From Acidimicrobiaceae bacterium (GTDB taxonomy: Bacteria; Actinomycetota; Acidimicrobiia; Acidimicrobiales; RAAP-2): 48,178 nt of DNA. The notes under the pieces are model-generated. The model saw only the letters and a program-made list of their open reading frames with translations. It did not search any database and was not told the origin of the DNA. The DNA is taken from positions 1 through 48,178 of the forward strand of contig PLER01000046.1 of NCBI GenBank assembly GCA_003136495.1, read 5' to 3'. Below are positions 27,672 to 37,165 of this stretch, piece by piece (the stretch's first letter is position 1; each line of letters begins with the position of its first letter). The position numbers and the translations under genes were made by a program.

Positions 27672-28645
27672 GTCGTAGGCACCTTCAAGGGTCGCCACCA
27701 CGCCTCGTTCTCCCGGTACCACTTCACCGTGCGCGCGAGACCCTCTTCGAAATCCACCTCCGGCGCGTAGCCGAGTTCGTCGCGAATCTTGTCCCAGTTG
27801 ACGCAGTAGCGCCGGTCGTGACCGAGTCGGTCCTCGACCGGTTCGATCATCGACTCGTCGGCCCCGCAGAGCTCGAGCAGTTCGTGGGTGAGGGCGGTGT
27901 TCGTTAACTCGGTCCCACCACCGATGTTGTAGATCTCGCCCGCGCGTCCACCCGCTAACACCGCGAGGATCCCACGACAGTGGTCGTCGACGAAGAGCCA
28001 GTCGCGCACGTTGAGTCCGTCGCCGTATAGCGGCACCTTGATCCCGTCAAAGAGGTTCGTCACGAACAGCGGAATGAGCTTCTCGGGGAACTGGCGAGGT
28101 CCGTAGTTGTTCGAGCACCGCGTCACCATGACGTTCAGACCAAAGGTCCGGTGGTAGGCCAGCGCCGCCAGATCCGAGCCCGCTTTGCTCGAAGAGTAGG
28201 GGGAGTTCGGCTCTAGGAGGTGGTCTTCACGCCACGCGCCGTGGGCGATGGAGCCGTAGACCTCGTCGGTCGAGACGTGGACGAAACGCTCCACGCCCAA
28301 AGTTCGCGCGCTCTCCAAGAGTTGCTGCGTACCGAGCACGTTGGTCTCGTAAAAGAGCCGAGCACCGGTGATGGAGCGATCGACGTGACTCTCCGCCGCG
28401 AGGTGCAACACCGCGTGCGCTCCGCTTAACACCTCATCGACGACCAACTGATCGGTGATGGAGCCCCGGACGAAGGTGACGCGTGAGTCGCGCATCACGA
28501 CCTCGAGGTTCTCGAGTCGGCCCGAATAGGTCAACGCGTCGAGTAGTACCACGTCGTCGTAGCCGAGTCGCTCGGCGTCGGCCACCAGCAACTCGGTGAG
28601 TCGAGACCCGATGAACCCCGCCGCCCCCGTAATCACAACGCGCAT
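27668..28645 (-). CDS. rfbB: dTDP-glucose 4,6-dehydratase
   Basis: TGAAGFIG, DALTYSG, AAESHVDRSI, STDEVYG, YSSSK, QFPEKLIP. Confidence 0.95.
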   Translation of the reverse strand: MRVVITGAAGFIGSRLTELLVADAERLGYDDVVLLDALTYSGRLENLEVVMRDSRVTFVRGSITDQLVVDEVLSGAHAVLHLAAESHVDRSITGARLFYETNVLGTQQLLESARTLGVERFVHVSTDEVYGSIAHGAWREDHLLEPNSPYSSSKAGSDLAALAYHRTFGLNVMVTRCSNNYGPRQFPEKLIPLFVTNLFDGIKVPLYGDGLNVRDWLFVDDHCRGILAVLAGGRAGEIYNIGGGTELTNTALTHELLELCGADESMIEPVEDRLGHDRRYCVNWDKIRDELGYAPEVDFEEGLARTVKWYRENEAWWRPLKVPTT

Positions 28646-28696
28646 AGCAACACCTCAGCCTTAAGAAAGGGGATACGAGACTTCTATACTAATGGG

Positions 28697-29479
28697 GTGA
28701 AGGGAATCATTTTGGCTGGCGGCACCGGAACGCGCCTGCATCCCATCACCCGAGCGGTGTCCAAACAACTGCTGCCCATCTACGACAAGCCCATGATTTT
28801 TTATCCACTTAGTACTTTGATGCTCAGTGGCCTTCGTGAAATTCTTCTCATCACGACCCCCCACGATCAAGACGCGTTCTTTCGTCTGCTCGGTGACGGT
28901 TCACAACTGGGCGTCAAGATCTCCTACGTCGTCCAAGACCAGCCCAACGGTCTCGCCGAGGCGCTGATCCTGGGCGAGAAGTTCCTGGACGGCGAGAAGT
29001 GCGCGTTAATCCTCGGCGACAACCTCTTCTACGGGCCGGGACTGGGCACGCACCTCCAGGAGAACACGAACGTCGAAGGCGCCTTGATCTTCGCGTACCA
29101 GGTCTCTAACCCTTCCGCGTACGGGGTCGTGGACTTTGACGACCAGGGCAACGTACTCTCCATCGAGGAGAAGCCCCATGAGCCCAAGAGCAGCTACGCC
29201 GTGCCCGGGATCTACTTCTACGACGAGCGAGCGTCGGACTTCGCGCGTCATCTGGTGCCGAGCGCCCGGGGCGAGCTCGAGATCACGGCGCTGAACAACG
29301 CCTACCTCGAACGCAATGAACTACGCGTCGAGGTGCTCTCGCGAGCGACCACCTGGCTCGACACGGGCACCCACGAATCGCTGTATGAGGCCGGGGGCCT
29401 TATCCGCACCCTTCAGCATCGCACGGGTATGCGCATCGGCGACGTTGAGCAGATCGCCCGCGACCAGGGTTGGATCTAG
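28697..29479 (+). CDS. rfbA: Glucose-1-phosphate thymidylyltransferase
   Basis: GIILAGGTGTRL.P, KQLLPIYDKPM, LGDN, EKP, RGELEIT, WLDTGT; TATACT 6 nt before GTG. Confidence 0.95.
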   Translation: MKGIILAGGTGTRLHPITRAVSKQLLPIYDKPMIFYPLSTLMLSGLREILLITTPHDQDAFFRLLGDGSQLGVKISYVVQDQPNGLAEALILGEKFLDGEKCALILGDNLFYGPGLGTHLQENTNVEGALIFAYQVSNPSAYGVVDFDDQGNVLSIEEKPHEPKSSYAVPGIYFYDERASDFARHLVPSARGELEITALNNAYLERNELRVEVLSRATTWLDTGTHESLYEAGGLIRTLQHRTGMRIGDVEQIARDQGWI

Positions 29480-29602
29480 TTATTCCGTCGGTGGTGACGT
29501 TTCGCGCGGCGCCACCGATTTACCGCGAAGTAGCAATGAACCGCCGAAGCACCCTCGAGTCCTCGCCTAAAGTGACCGTAGCCAAATGACGAGGAGTCCG
29601 TA

Positions 29603-30196
29603 ATGTCCACTGTCGCCATGCCCACCCAGCCGCGCCGCGTCCTCGCCGACGTCGTGGCGCGCTCATTGCTCGCCGAGGTCGTCCTCGTCGTCGGCGCCGC
29701 CGCGCTCGTCGGCGCACTCGCCCAGATCAGCATTCACCTGAGCTTCACTCCCGTGCCGATCACCGGACAGACGCTCGGGGTCATGCTCGCCGGATCGGCG
29801 CTCGGTTGGCGTCGCGCGGGACTGGCGATGCTGCTCTACTTAGCGGCCGGCGTCGCCGGCGTACCGTGGTTCGCCAGTCACGCCAGTGGCTACGCCGTGG
29901 CGACCTTCGGCTACTTGATCGGCTTCGTCGTCGCGGGCGCGGCACTCGGGTGGGTGGCCTCGCTCGGGGGCGACCGCACCGTCACCAAGGCCGTCGTCGC
30001 GATGGCGGTCGGCGACGCGATCATCTTCATCTTCGGCGTGACGTGGCTCAAGTTCGCGATCCACGTGACCCCGCTCGCCGCGATCAAGGACGGCTTCACG
30101 CCCTTCCTCTGGGGCGAACTCATCAAAGCCGGAATCGCGGGCGTCGCACTTCCGTCGTCGTGGCGGTTGGTCGACCGAATGACGCGAAAGAACTAG
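29603..30196 (+). CDS. bioY: Biotin transporter S component
   Basis: PVPITGQT, YL.AG..G.P.F, TFGYLIGF; GAGGAG RBS. Confidence 0.9.
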   Translation: MSTVAMPTQPRRVLADVVARSLLAEVVLVVGAAALVGALAQISIHLSFTPVPITGQTLGVMLAGSALGWRRAGLAMLLYLAAGVAGVPWFASHASGYAVATFGYLIGFVVAGAALGWVASLGGDRTVTKAVVAMAVGDAIIFIFGVTWLKFAIHVTPLAAIKDGFTPFLWGELIKAGIAGVALPSSWRLVDRMTRKN

Positions 30197-31008
30197 GTAG
30201 TCCCGACGCCCAGGCGCGTGGCGAGGAACGCGAGTACGTCCTCGAGTGCCTGGCGCGTCGGTGAACCCTCCGCGTCGGAGTAGTCCTCGGTGAGCACCGA
30301 GTGCGCACCCTTGCGATAGCCCCACGGATTGCCCGGACTGGAGTCGATCTCGACGCCGATGAAGTTCTCCCCGAGCTCCCTTCGAAGCGTCGCGAAGCGC
30401 TCCGCGGGTGAACCCGGGTCGCCACTGAAGCGCAGTCCCATCACGCACAGTCCCGCGCCGGTGCGACGCTTGATCAGTTGAAAGTCGCTCTCACTCACGC
30501 CCGTGGCGGCCTTGCGCTTCGCGCCCAGGGGCGCGGGCAGACCGGGCTGACTCATGACCGGGGCGATCACGCTCTCATTCACGCTCATCGCGAGGGCAAA
30601 ACCACCGGTGAGGCACATACCCACAGCGCCGACGCCGGGACCGCCGCAGGCGACGTGTTCGTGCGTCGCCAACTCTCGAAGGTAACCCGCGATCGGACTC
30701 GTCTTGTTCGTCGCGAACACGGTGAACTCACGACTCACGCAGGCCTTCAGCGCGGAGCTGATCTCGTAGCCCGTGGTCGGAATTCGTTCCGGCGTGCCAA
30801 AGAGGTTCGGCAGGACTGCCGTCATTCCCGCCGCCGCGACCTTTCGAGCGAAGGCCGCAACCAGCGGGGTGATGCCCGGCACCTCGTGGATCACGATCAC
30901 CGCGGGTCCGCTACCGATCCGATAGAGCTCGTGCCTCTCCCCACTCGAGGAGCGAAACGAGTCGCGGGTGAAACCCACCAAGGCCGAATGATCAAATTGC
31001 TTGCTCAT
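30193..31008 (-). CDS. Dienelactone hydrolase family protein
   Basis: IHEVPG, GMCLTGG nucleophile elbow, HSVLT. Confidence 0.85.
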   Translation of the reverse strand: MSKQFDHSALVGFTRDSFRSSSGERHELYRIGSGPAVIVIHEVPGITPLVAAFARKVAAAGMTAVLPNLFGTPERIPTTGYEISSALKACVSREFTVFATNKTSPIAGYLRELATHEHVACGGPGVGAVGMCLTGGFALAMSVNESVIAPVMSQPGLPAPLGAKRKAATGVSESDFQLIKRRTGAGLCVMGLRFSGDPGSPAERFATLRRELGENFIGVEIDSSPGNPWGYRKGAHSVLTEDYSDAEGSPTRQALEDVLAFLATRLGVGTT

Positions 31009-31065
31009 TGCTCCACATCTTGGCACGGGTCGCCCCGTCGTTCGAGCGGCCCGCGAGGCGGTGCG

Positions 31066-31728
31066 TCAACCCGTCCAGCCGAGGAACGCGGCCGCGTCGC
31101 CGTGAGCGAGCGCTTTGTGGTGGGCGAGCGTGCGACGATCGAGCTTCGCGTGCGCGGCGGCGACGTCGATGGCGTGTGAGAGGACCTGGTCCTCACTGGT
31201 GATTGCCTCAACGATCCCGGCCGACAGCGCCTCCGGACCGGAGAACCGTTTCGCGGTCGTCGCGGCGACGATCGCGGTCGCGCGCGGGAGCCGCGCGGTG
31301 AGAATCGAGAAGAGTTGCTCATCGAGCGCCAGGCCGATCTCGGCTTCGTTCATGCACCAATAACCGCGGTCGTCGCGCATTACCCGGTAGTCGAAACCAC
31401 ACGAGATCAACGCGCCCATGGCGAAAGCGTGGCCGTTGATCGCCGCCACGGTGTAGGCGGGGAAGAGGAAGAGTCGTCCAATGGTGCGCTTGGCCTCTTT
31501 GAGCGTGGCGGTGAACTCCTCGGGATTCGTCCCGAAGCGTTCGAGGTCGAGACCATTGGAGAAGAACTTGCCGGTACCGGTGAGCACGACCGCGAGCGGA
31601 GCGTCGCGGCCCTCAAGTTCACCGAGGCGCGCGTTCAACAGCGCCAGGGAGTCGAGGTTGACGCGGTTCTCTCCGTCGTCCCAGGTGAGGACGGCGACCG
31701 CACCGTCGTGTCGAAGTGTGATGTCCAT
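31066..31728 (-). CDS. Enoyl-CoA hydratase/isomerase family protein
   Basis: KFFSNGLDL, AAINGHAFA.G, MNE.EIGL; TATGCT 6 nt before ATG 31728. Confidence 0.88.
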   Translation of the reverse strand: MDITLRHDGAVAVLTWDDGENRVNLDSLALLNARLGELEGRDAPLAVVLTGTGKFFSNGLDLERFGTNPEEFTATLKEAKRTIGRLFLFPAYTVAAINGHAFAMGALISCGFDYRVMRDDRGYWCMNEAEIGLALDEQLFSILTARLPRATAIVAATTAKRFSGPEALSAGIVEAITSEDQVLSHAIDVAAAHAKLDRRTLAHHKALAHGDAAAFLGWTG

Positions 31729-31773
31729 GGGCCGAGCATACAAACGCGAATCGTCGCGCGGTAAGTTGGCGTC

Positions 31774-33255
31774 GTGGAAGCGATACCCGAACCCGACGTC
31801 TCCGAGGAGCACCCGCTCTCCGAACACTGGGTGTGGGTGGGAGCCCATCGTCCGCCGAGCCCGCGCATCTTGTTCGAACACATGACGCAGAACTGGGCCG
31901 CCGGGTCGATCTCGCGCGAAGTACACCCCGCCGCCACGATGTCCAAGGAGCGACGACGACGTCTCGGCGAACTCTTCACCGCGAAGACGCTCGTCGTGCC
32001 CTCGGGAAACTTCAAGGTCCGCTCGAACGACACCGACTACCGCTTTCGAGCGGGGACCGACTTCTTTTACTTAACCGGCTGTCAAGAACCCGACGCGGTA
32101 CTGGTAATCTCCCCGAGCACCGAGGGGCCCCAGTCGACGCTCTACTTACCGCATCGCCGCGACGCCACGACGCACGAGTTCTATACCGACGCCCGCTACG
32201 GCGAACTGTGGGTCGGTGAACGACGAGGCGTCGACGAGGCCGCGATCTACTTCGACGTTGAGACCGCCCCGCTCGAGCGACTGGCGAAGGACCTCGCGTC
32301 CCTCGGGGGCACCGACGTCGTGACCCTGCGCGGTTTCGACGCCGAGGTGGACGCGCTGAACGACGAGCGCGACGAGGACCAGGAACTCGCGGTCGCCCTC
32401 AGTGAAGCGCGGCTCGTCAAGGACGACTTCGAGGTCGCACAACTCCAGCTCGCCGTGGACTTCACGGTGAAGGGTTTCGAGGACGTGGTGCGCGCGTTGC
32501 CCACGGCCATCGGCCGAGGTGAACGGGTCGTCGAAGGGGTCTTCAACCTTCGCGCCCGCGTCGAGGGGAACGACGTGGGTTATGAGACGATCGCGGCCAG
32601 TGGCGCCCACGCGACCACCCTGCACTGGGTGCGCAACGACGGGGCGGTGCGCAGCGGCGAGTTGCTACTCCTCGACGCGGGCGTCGAGTGTCACAACCTC
32701 TACACGGCCGACGTCACGCGCACCATGCCGATCAGCGGCACGTTCTCCCCCGCGCAGCGCCGCGTCTACGAACTCGTCCTGGCGGCCCAAGACGCGGGGA
32801 TCGCGGCGGTGCGCCCGGGGGCCAAGTTCATGGACCCCCACGACGCCGCCATGACGGTGCTCGCCGAAGGTCTCTTTGAGTTGGGGATATTGAAGGAGGA
32901 GCCGTCACTGGCGCTGCGCAAGGACCGCCAACTCCACCGCCGTTACACCCTTCACGGCACCAGTCACATGCTGGGCATCGACGTGCACGACTGCGCCAGC
33001 GCTCGCAACGAGTTCTATTGGGGCGAGTTGAAGGAGGGCTACGTCTTGACCGTCGAGCCCGGCCTCTACTTCCAGCGCAACGACCTCACCGTGCCCGAGG
33101 AGTACCGCGGCATCGGCGTGCGCATCGAAGACGACATTCTCGTAACGGCAGAGGGCGCGCGGAACCTTTCGGCGGCGCTGCCGCGCGCGGCGAGCGACGT
33201 GGAGGCGTGGATGGCGGAACTGTGGCGAGGAGCGACCCCCAACCTCGGGCTGTGA
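31774..33255 (+). CDS. pepP: Xaa-Pro aminopeptidase (aminopeptidase P)
   Basis: RSNDTDY.FR, LHW, LLDAG, ADVTRT, HG..H.LG.DVHD, TVEPGLYF, GVRIEDD. Confidence 0.92.
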   Translation: MEAIPEPDVSEEHPLSEHWVWVGAHRPPSPRILFEHMTQNWAAGSISREVHPAATMSKERRRRLGELFTAKTLVVPSGNFKVRSNDTDYRFRAGTDFFYLTGCQEPDAVLVISPSTEGPQSTLYLPHRRDATTHEFYTDARYGELWVGERRGVDEAAIYFDVETAPLERLAKDLASLGGTDVVTLRGFDAEVDALNDERDEDQELAVALSEARLVKDDFEVAQLQLAVDFTVKGFEDVVRALPTAIGRGERVVEGVFNLRARVEGNDVGYETIAASGAHATTLHWVRNDGAVRSGELLLLDAGVECHNLYTADVTRTMPISGTFSPAQRRVYELVLAAQDAGIAAVRPGAKFMDPHDAAMTVLAEGLFELGILKEEPSLALRKDRQLHRRYTLHGTSHMLGIDVHDCASARNEFYWGELKEGYVLTVEPGLYFQRNDLTVPEEYRGIGVRIEDDILVTAEGARNLSAALPRAASDVEAWMAELWRGATPNLGL

Positions 33256-33257
33256 CC

Positions 33258-34472
33258 CTACGCAACGACTCGCACGGGAATGGACCTCGGACCGCGCACC
33301 TGGCCGGGGGCCCAGGTGACCGCAGTGGGGTCAGTGAGTTCGAACTTGGGGAAGCGCGCAATGAACTCTTCTAACGCGACGCGCAGTTCCATCCGCGCGA
33401 GGTTCGATCCGATGCAGCGGTGTATACCCAGCCCGAAGGCGGCGTGGCGATTGAGCGCACGGTCAATGACGAAGGTGTCCGCGTCGCTGAACATCTCGGG
33501 GTCACGGTTCGCCGCCGGAAAGCCCAGCAACACCCAGTCGTCCTTCTTCATGGGCCAGCCGTAAAAGTCGAAGTCGTCCTTGACGAGCCGGGCCATCGTG
33601 ACCGGCGCATAGAACCGCAGGAACTCCTCCACCGCCACCGGCATCAACTCGGGCTCGGCGACTAATCGCGCGAGGTCGCTCGGGTGGTGGGCGAGGTGCC
33701 AGAGGGCCGAGCCGATCGCCGACCAGGTCGTGTCGATCCCCGCCACCAGGACGAGCACCATGGTGCCGCGGACGTGCTCCATCGAGAGTCGCTCACCGTT
33801 GAACTCGACGTGCAAGAGGTAGTTCGTCAGGTCGTCGCGCGGGTGCGCCAAGTGGTCCTCGATCTGGGCGCTGAAGTACTCCGCCATCGGCACGAAGAGC
33901 GGGCCGCGTTCGTGGATGGGCAGATCCACCAGGTCCAGAACCAGGTGGACGAAGTCACGAAAGAGCTCCTCGTCCGCCTCGGGGAAACCCAGCATCTTCG
34001 AGATCACGCCGGGTGAGATGTACTGCGCGTAGCGAAGCCCCGCGTCGAAGGCGTCCTCGCCCGCCACGGTGTCGAGGTGCTTTCGACAGAGCGCGCGGAC
34101 CTGGTCTTCTAACGCGTTAACCGGCCCGGGCGCGAAGGCCGGCAGGATCACGCGCCGTGCGAACTGGTGGAATGGCGGGTCCGACGTGATGGGCGGTGCG
34201 CCGCCGATCGGGGCTTCGGCGTTGGGTGGGTACTTGTTGTTCGTGATCACCACGAGGCGTGAGGTGAAGTGCTCGGTGTCGTTGGCGACGTCACTGACCA
34301 TCTGGTGCGTGGTGGGGAACCACGCACCGCCGTAGCGGTCGGTGTGGGCGACGGGACAGCTCGTGCGCAGCTTCTCCCAGATGGGGTAGGGGTCGTGCAC
34401 CCACGCGGGGTCGGTGTGGTCCCAGTCGGTGGCGAAGTCGGTAACGGGCGCTTTGAGCTCGTCGAGGGACAC
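33258..34472 (-). CDS. Cytochrome P450 (second gene of tandem pair)
   Basis: I-helix AGIDTT, EEFLR (ExxR), heme motif FGLGIHRCIG. Confidence 0.95.
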   Translation of the reverse strand: MSLDELKAPVTDFATDWDHTDPAWVHDPYPIWEKLRTSCPVAHTDRYGGAWFPTTHQMVSDVANDTEHFTSRLVVITNNKYPPNAEAPIGGAPPITSDPPFHQFARRVILPAFAPGPVNALEDQVRALCRKHLDTVAGEDAFDAGLRYAQYISPGVISKMLGFPEADEELFRDFVHLVLDLVDLPIHERGPLFVPMAEYFSAQIEDHLAHPRDDLTNYLLHVEFNGERLSMEHVRGTMVLVLVAGIDTTWSAIGSALWHLAHHPSDLARLVAEPELMPVAVEEFLRFYAPVTMARLVKDDFDFYGWPMKKDDWVLLGFPAANRDPEMFSDADTFVIDRALNRHAAFGLGIHRCIGSNLARMELRVALEEFIARFPKFELTDPTAVTWAPGQVRGPRSIPVRVVA

Positions 34473-34475
34473 GTA

Positions 34476-35684
34476 CTAACTCAGAATCCGCAACGGCAGA
34501 TTCCTCGGTCCGCGAATCTGGCCCTGGGCCCAGGTCACGTCCTTCTTGTTGGCGAGTTCGAACTTCGGGTAGCGACGGATGAACTCTTCAATCGCCACGC
34601 GCAACTCCAGTCGCGCGAGGTTCGACCCGATACAGCGATGTATCCCCAGCCCGAAGGCTACGTGGCGGTTCTCCGCGCGGTCGATGATGAACTTATCGGC
34701 GTCCTTAAAGACGACGGGGTCGCGATTGGCCGCCGGAAAGCCCAGCAGGATCCAGTCGTACTCCTTCATCGGACAGCCCAAGTACTCCATGTCGGCGTTC
34801 ACGAGCCGCGCCATGGTGACGGGCGCGTAAAAGCGCAAGAACTCCTCCACCGCCGTCGGCATCAACTCGGGCTCGTTGACCAGTCGCGCGAGGTCCTCGG
34901 GGTTCTGCGCCAGGTGCCAGAGGGAGGCGCCGATGGCGCCCCAGGTGGTGTCGATGCCCGCGACGAGGATCAGGACCATCGTGCCAAAGACGTGCTCCAG
35001 GGCCAACTTCTGGCCGTCGATCTCCGCGTCGAGCAAGAACGACGTCAGGTCGTCGCGGGGGTTGTCCTGGTGGTCCTCGATCTGGGCCACGAAGTACTCC
35101 TCCACCGGAATGAAGGCTTCGATGCGCTCTTCCAAGGGCAGGTCGACGGCTTCGGTGATGATGTGGACCATCTCGATGAACTTCTCGGTGTCCTCGGCCG
35201 GAAAGCCCAGCATCTCGCGGATGACCCCGGGGGGAATGAGCTTGGCGTAACTGAGCGAACCGTTGACGACCTCTTCGCCGATCACGTCATCGAGCAGCCG
35301 GTTACAGAGCTCGCGAATCTGGGGCTCGAGGGCGTTGACGACGCCCGGCGAGAACGCCGGCAGGATCAACTTGCGCGCGAGCGCGTGAAAGGGTGGGTCC
35401 GAGGTGATGGGCGGGGCGACGCCGATGGGTGCGGGGAGTTCCTCGTCGGTCGGTCGGCCCTCGTTGATGATTACGGTGCGGCTCGTGAAGTGCTCGGTGT
35501 CCTTCGCAATCTCCGAGACCCCCGCGTGGGTCGCGGGGAACCAGCCTCCGCCGTAGCGATCGGTGTGCGCGACGGGACAGCGCTGACGCAGGTCCTCCCA
35601 GATCGGGTAGGGGTCGTTGACCCACGCGGGATCGGTGTGGTCCCAGTCGGTGGCGAAATCGAGGACGGGGGGCTTGTCGGTCAC
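34476..35684 (-). CDS. Cytochrome P450 (first gene of tandem pair)
   Basis: AGIDTT, EEFLR, FGLGIHRCIG. Confidence 0.95.
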   Translation of the reverse strand: MTDKPPVLDFATDWDHTDPAWVNDPYPIWEDLRQRCPVAHTDRYGGGWFPATHAGVSEIAKDTEHFTSRTVIINEGRPTDEELPAPIGVAPPITSDPPFHALARKLILPAFSPGVVNALEPQIRELCNRLLDDVIGEEVVNGSLSYAKLIPPGVIREMLGFPAEDTEKFIEMVHIITEAVDLPLEERIEAFIPVEEYFVAQIEDHQDNPRDDLTSFLLDAEIDGQKLALEHVFGTMVLILVAGIDTTWGAIGASLWHLAQNPEDLARLVNEPELMPTAVEEFLRFYAPVTMARLVNADMEYLGCPMKEYDWILLGFPAANRDPVVFKDADKFIIDRAENRHVAFGLGIHRCIGSNLARLELRVAIEEFIRRYPKFELANKKDVTWAQGQIRGPRNLPLRILS

Positions 35685-35881
35685 GACGACTCCTCAATGA
35701 AGATGGCGTGTTCGGGGCAGTTGGCTTGGGCCAGGCGGGCGAGGTCGAGGGTCTCCGCAGTGAGCGTGCCGTCACCGAGCACCACGCCGTCGCCCAAGTC
35801 GTCAAAGCCGAAGAGGCTCGGCGCGATGGAAAAGCACCGCCCCTGACCTTGGCAGAGTTCGCCGTCAATCACGACCTTCAC
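35681..35881 (-). CDS. Ferredoxin, [3Fe-4S] P450-associated type
   Basis: CQGQGRC...ANCPEHAI; GTGA overlap with the P450 gene. Confidence 0.9.
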   Translation of the reverse strand: MKVVIDGELCQGQGRCFSIAPSLFGFDDLGDGVVLGDGTLTAETLDLARLAQANCPEHAIFIEESS

Positions 35882-35912
35882 GAATCCCCCTTCGCCGGTT
35901 CTGAGTGGGACC

Positions 35913-35926
35913 TTACTACCTAGTAA
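35913..35926. promoter_or_regulatory. Candidate operator upstream of the ferredoxin-P450 operon
   Basis: TTACTA-CC-TAGTAA, an AT-rich inverted repeat in a GC-rich background. Confidence 0.4.
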
Positions 35927-35955
35927 TGACTACGGCACGACGAGGTTTCACAAAA

Positions 35956-37137
35956 TTACGCGGTCTCGATCTCCTCGCGGCTGATCCCGAGGAAGTACAA
36001 CACGGCGTCCAGATACGGCACCGAGAGGGCGGTGTCGGCGTGTTCTTGGACCAGCGCCTTCGCGTTGAAGGCGATGCCGAGCCCCGCGACCGAGAGCATG
36101 TCGATGTCGTTCGCGCCGTCGCCGACCGCCACCGTCTGCTCTAGGGGCACGCCGACCTCCTCGGCGAAGCGCCGCAGCGCCTGCGCCTTGCCGGCCCGGT
36201 CCAGGATCTCCCCGCGCACCCGGCCGGTGAGCACGCCGTCGTTGATCTCCAAACTGTTGGCCGCGTAGTGGGTGACGTCCAACTCGTCGAGCAGTGGCGC
36301 CAGCACCTCGACGAAACCACCCGACACCACGGCCGGCACGTAGCCGAGTCGTTGCAACGTTCGCAGCAGCGTGCGCGCACCCGGCGCGAGACGCAGATTC
36401 GCACGCACGTCGTCCAGCACGCTCTCGGGCAGTCCCTCAAGCAACGCGACGCGTCGGCGCAGCGATTCGGCGAAGTCGATCTCGCCGTTCATCGCGGCGT
36501 CAGTGATCGTGGCGATCTCCGCGGCGCAACCGCACTCGGCACCCAGGAGATCGATGACCTCGTCCTGGAGCAACGTCGAGTCGGCGTCCATCACCACGAG
36601 GTGCTTCGCGCGCCGATGAAGTCCCGCGCGCTGGACCGCGAGGTCGAGCCCGCTCGACTTGGCCACGTCGGTCAACGCTTCGCGCAGCGCCACGTGATCG
36701 GGGCCGAGCACGATGAGCTCGTAGCAGTCGACGGGGTAGCTCGCGAGGTGCACGATCCGCTCACACGTCGCCTCGGACTGGGCGATGGCGTGAAAGACGC
36801 TCCCCAACTGATCCGCGGATATCGACGGCGCGAGCATCGTGACGAGGAGTCGTCGGCCCTTGATCTCTTCTTGGGGCGTGACCAACTCGACGTGGACACT
36901 CATGCCCTCGCCCTCGATCGAACGCTCGCCCAGCGCGGTCACGAGGTCCTCTCGCGTGACGTTCCCCTCCGCGCTCACCTCGGCACACAGCACCAGCGTG
37001 CCGCGAATGGTGATCTGGGCCACATCCATGAGGTGCAGGCCCTCGCCCCTGAGCCCGTTCAGCGCTTCGAAGAGCTCGGCGCCGACGCCGATGCGGTCGG
37101 GTCCGCTCACGGTGACCAGATACGTTGCGCGCGACAT
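35956..37137 (-). CDS. serB: Phosphoserine phosphatase with N-terminal ACT domains
   Basis: G.DR.G ACT motif, MDADSTL, VSGGF, GDGANDIDM; TACGCT 6 nt before ATG. Confidence 0.93.
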   Translation of the reverse strand: MSRATYLVTVSGPDRIGVGAELFEALNGLRGEGLHLMDVAQITIRGTLVLCAEVSAEGNVTREDLVTALGERSIEGEGMSVHVELVTPQEEIKGRRLLVTMLAPSISADQLGSVFHAIAQSEATCERIVHLASYPVDCYELIVLGPDHVALREALTDVAKSSGLDLAVQRAGLHRRAKHLVVMDADSTLLQDEVIDLLGAECGCAAEIATITDAAMNGEIDFAESLRRRVALLEGLPESVLDDVRANLRLAPGARTLLRTLQRLGYVPAVVSGGFVEVLAPLLDELDVTHYAANSLEINDGVLTGRVRGEILDRAGKAQALRRFAEEVGVPLEQTVAVGDGANDIDMLSVAGLGIAFNAKALVQEHADTALSVPYLDAVLYFLGISREEIETA

Positions 37138-37165
37138 GCAAGAAGCGTAGAGGGTGCGCGAGTAG

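Noticed and set aside
29480-29602. Riboswitch or BioQ/BirA operator upstream of bioY
   Set aside because: Only a weak hairpin (29488-29518) after rfbA; no recognisable operator palindrome or aptamer.
31868-31885. GTTCGAAC as a second LexA box
   Set aside because: Half-sites are in the wrong order and lie inside the pepP coding sequence.
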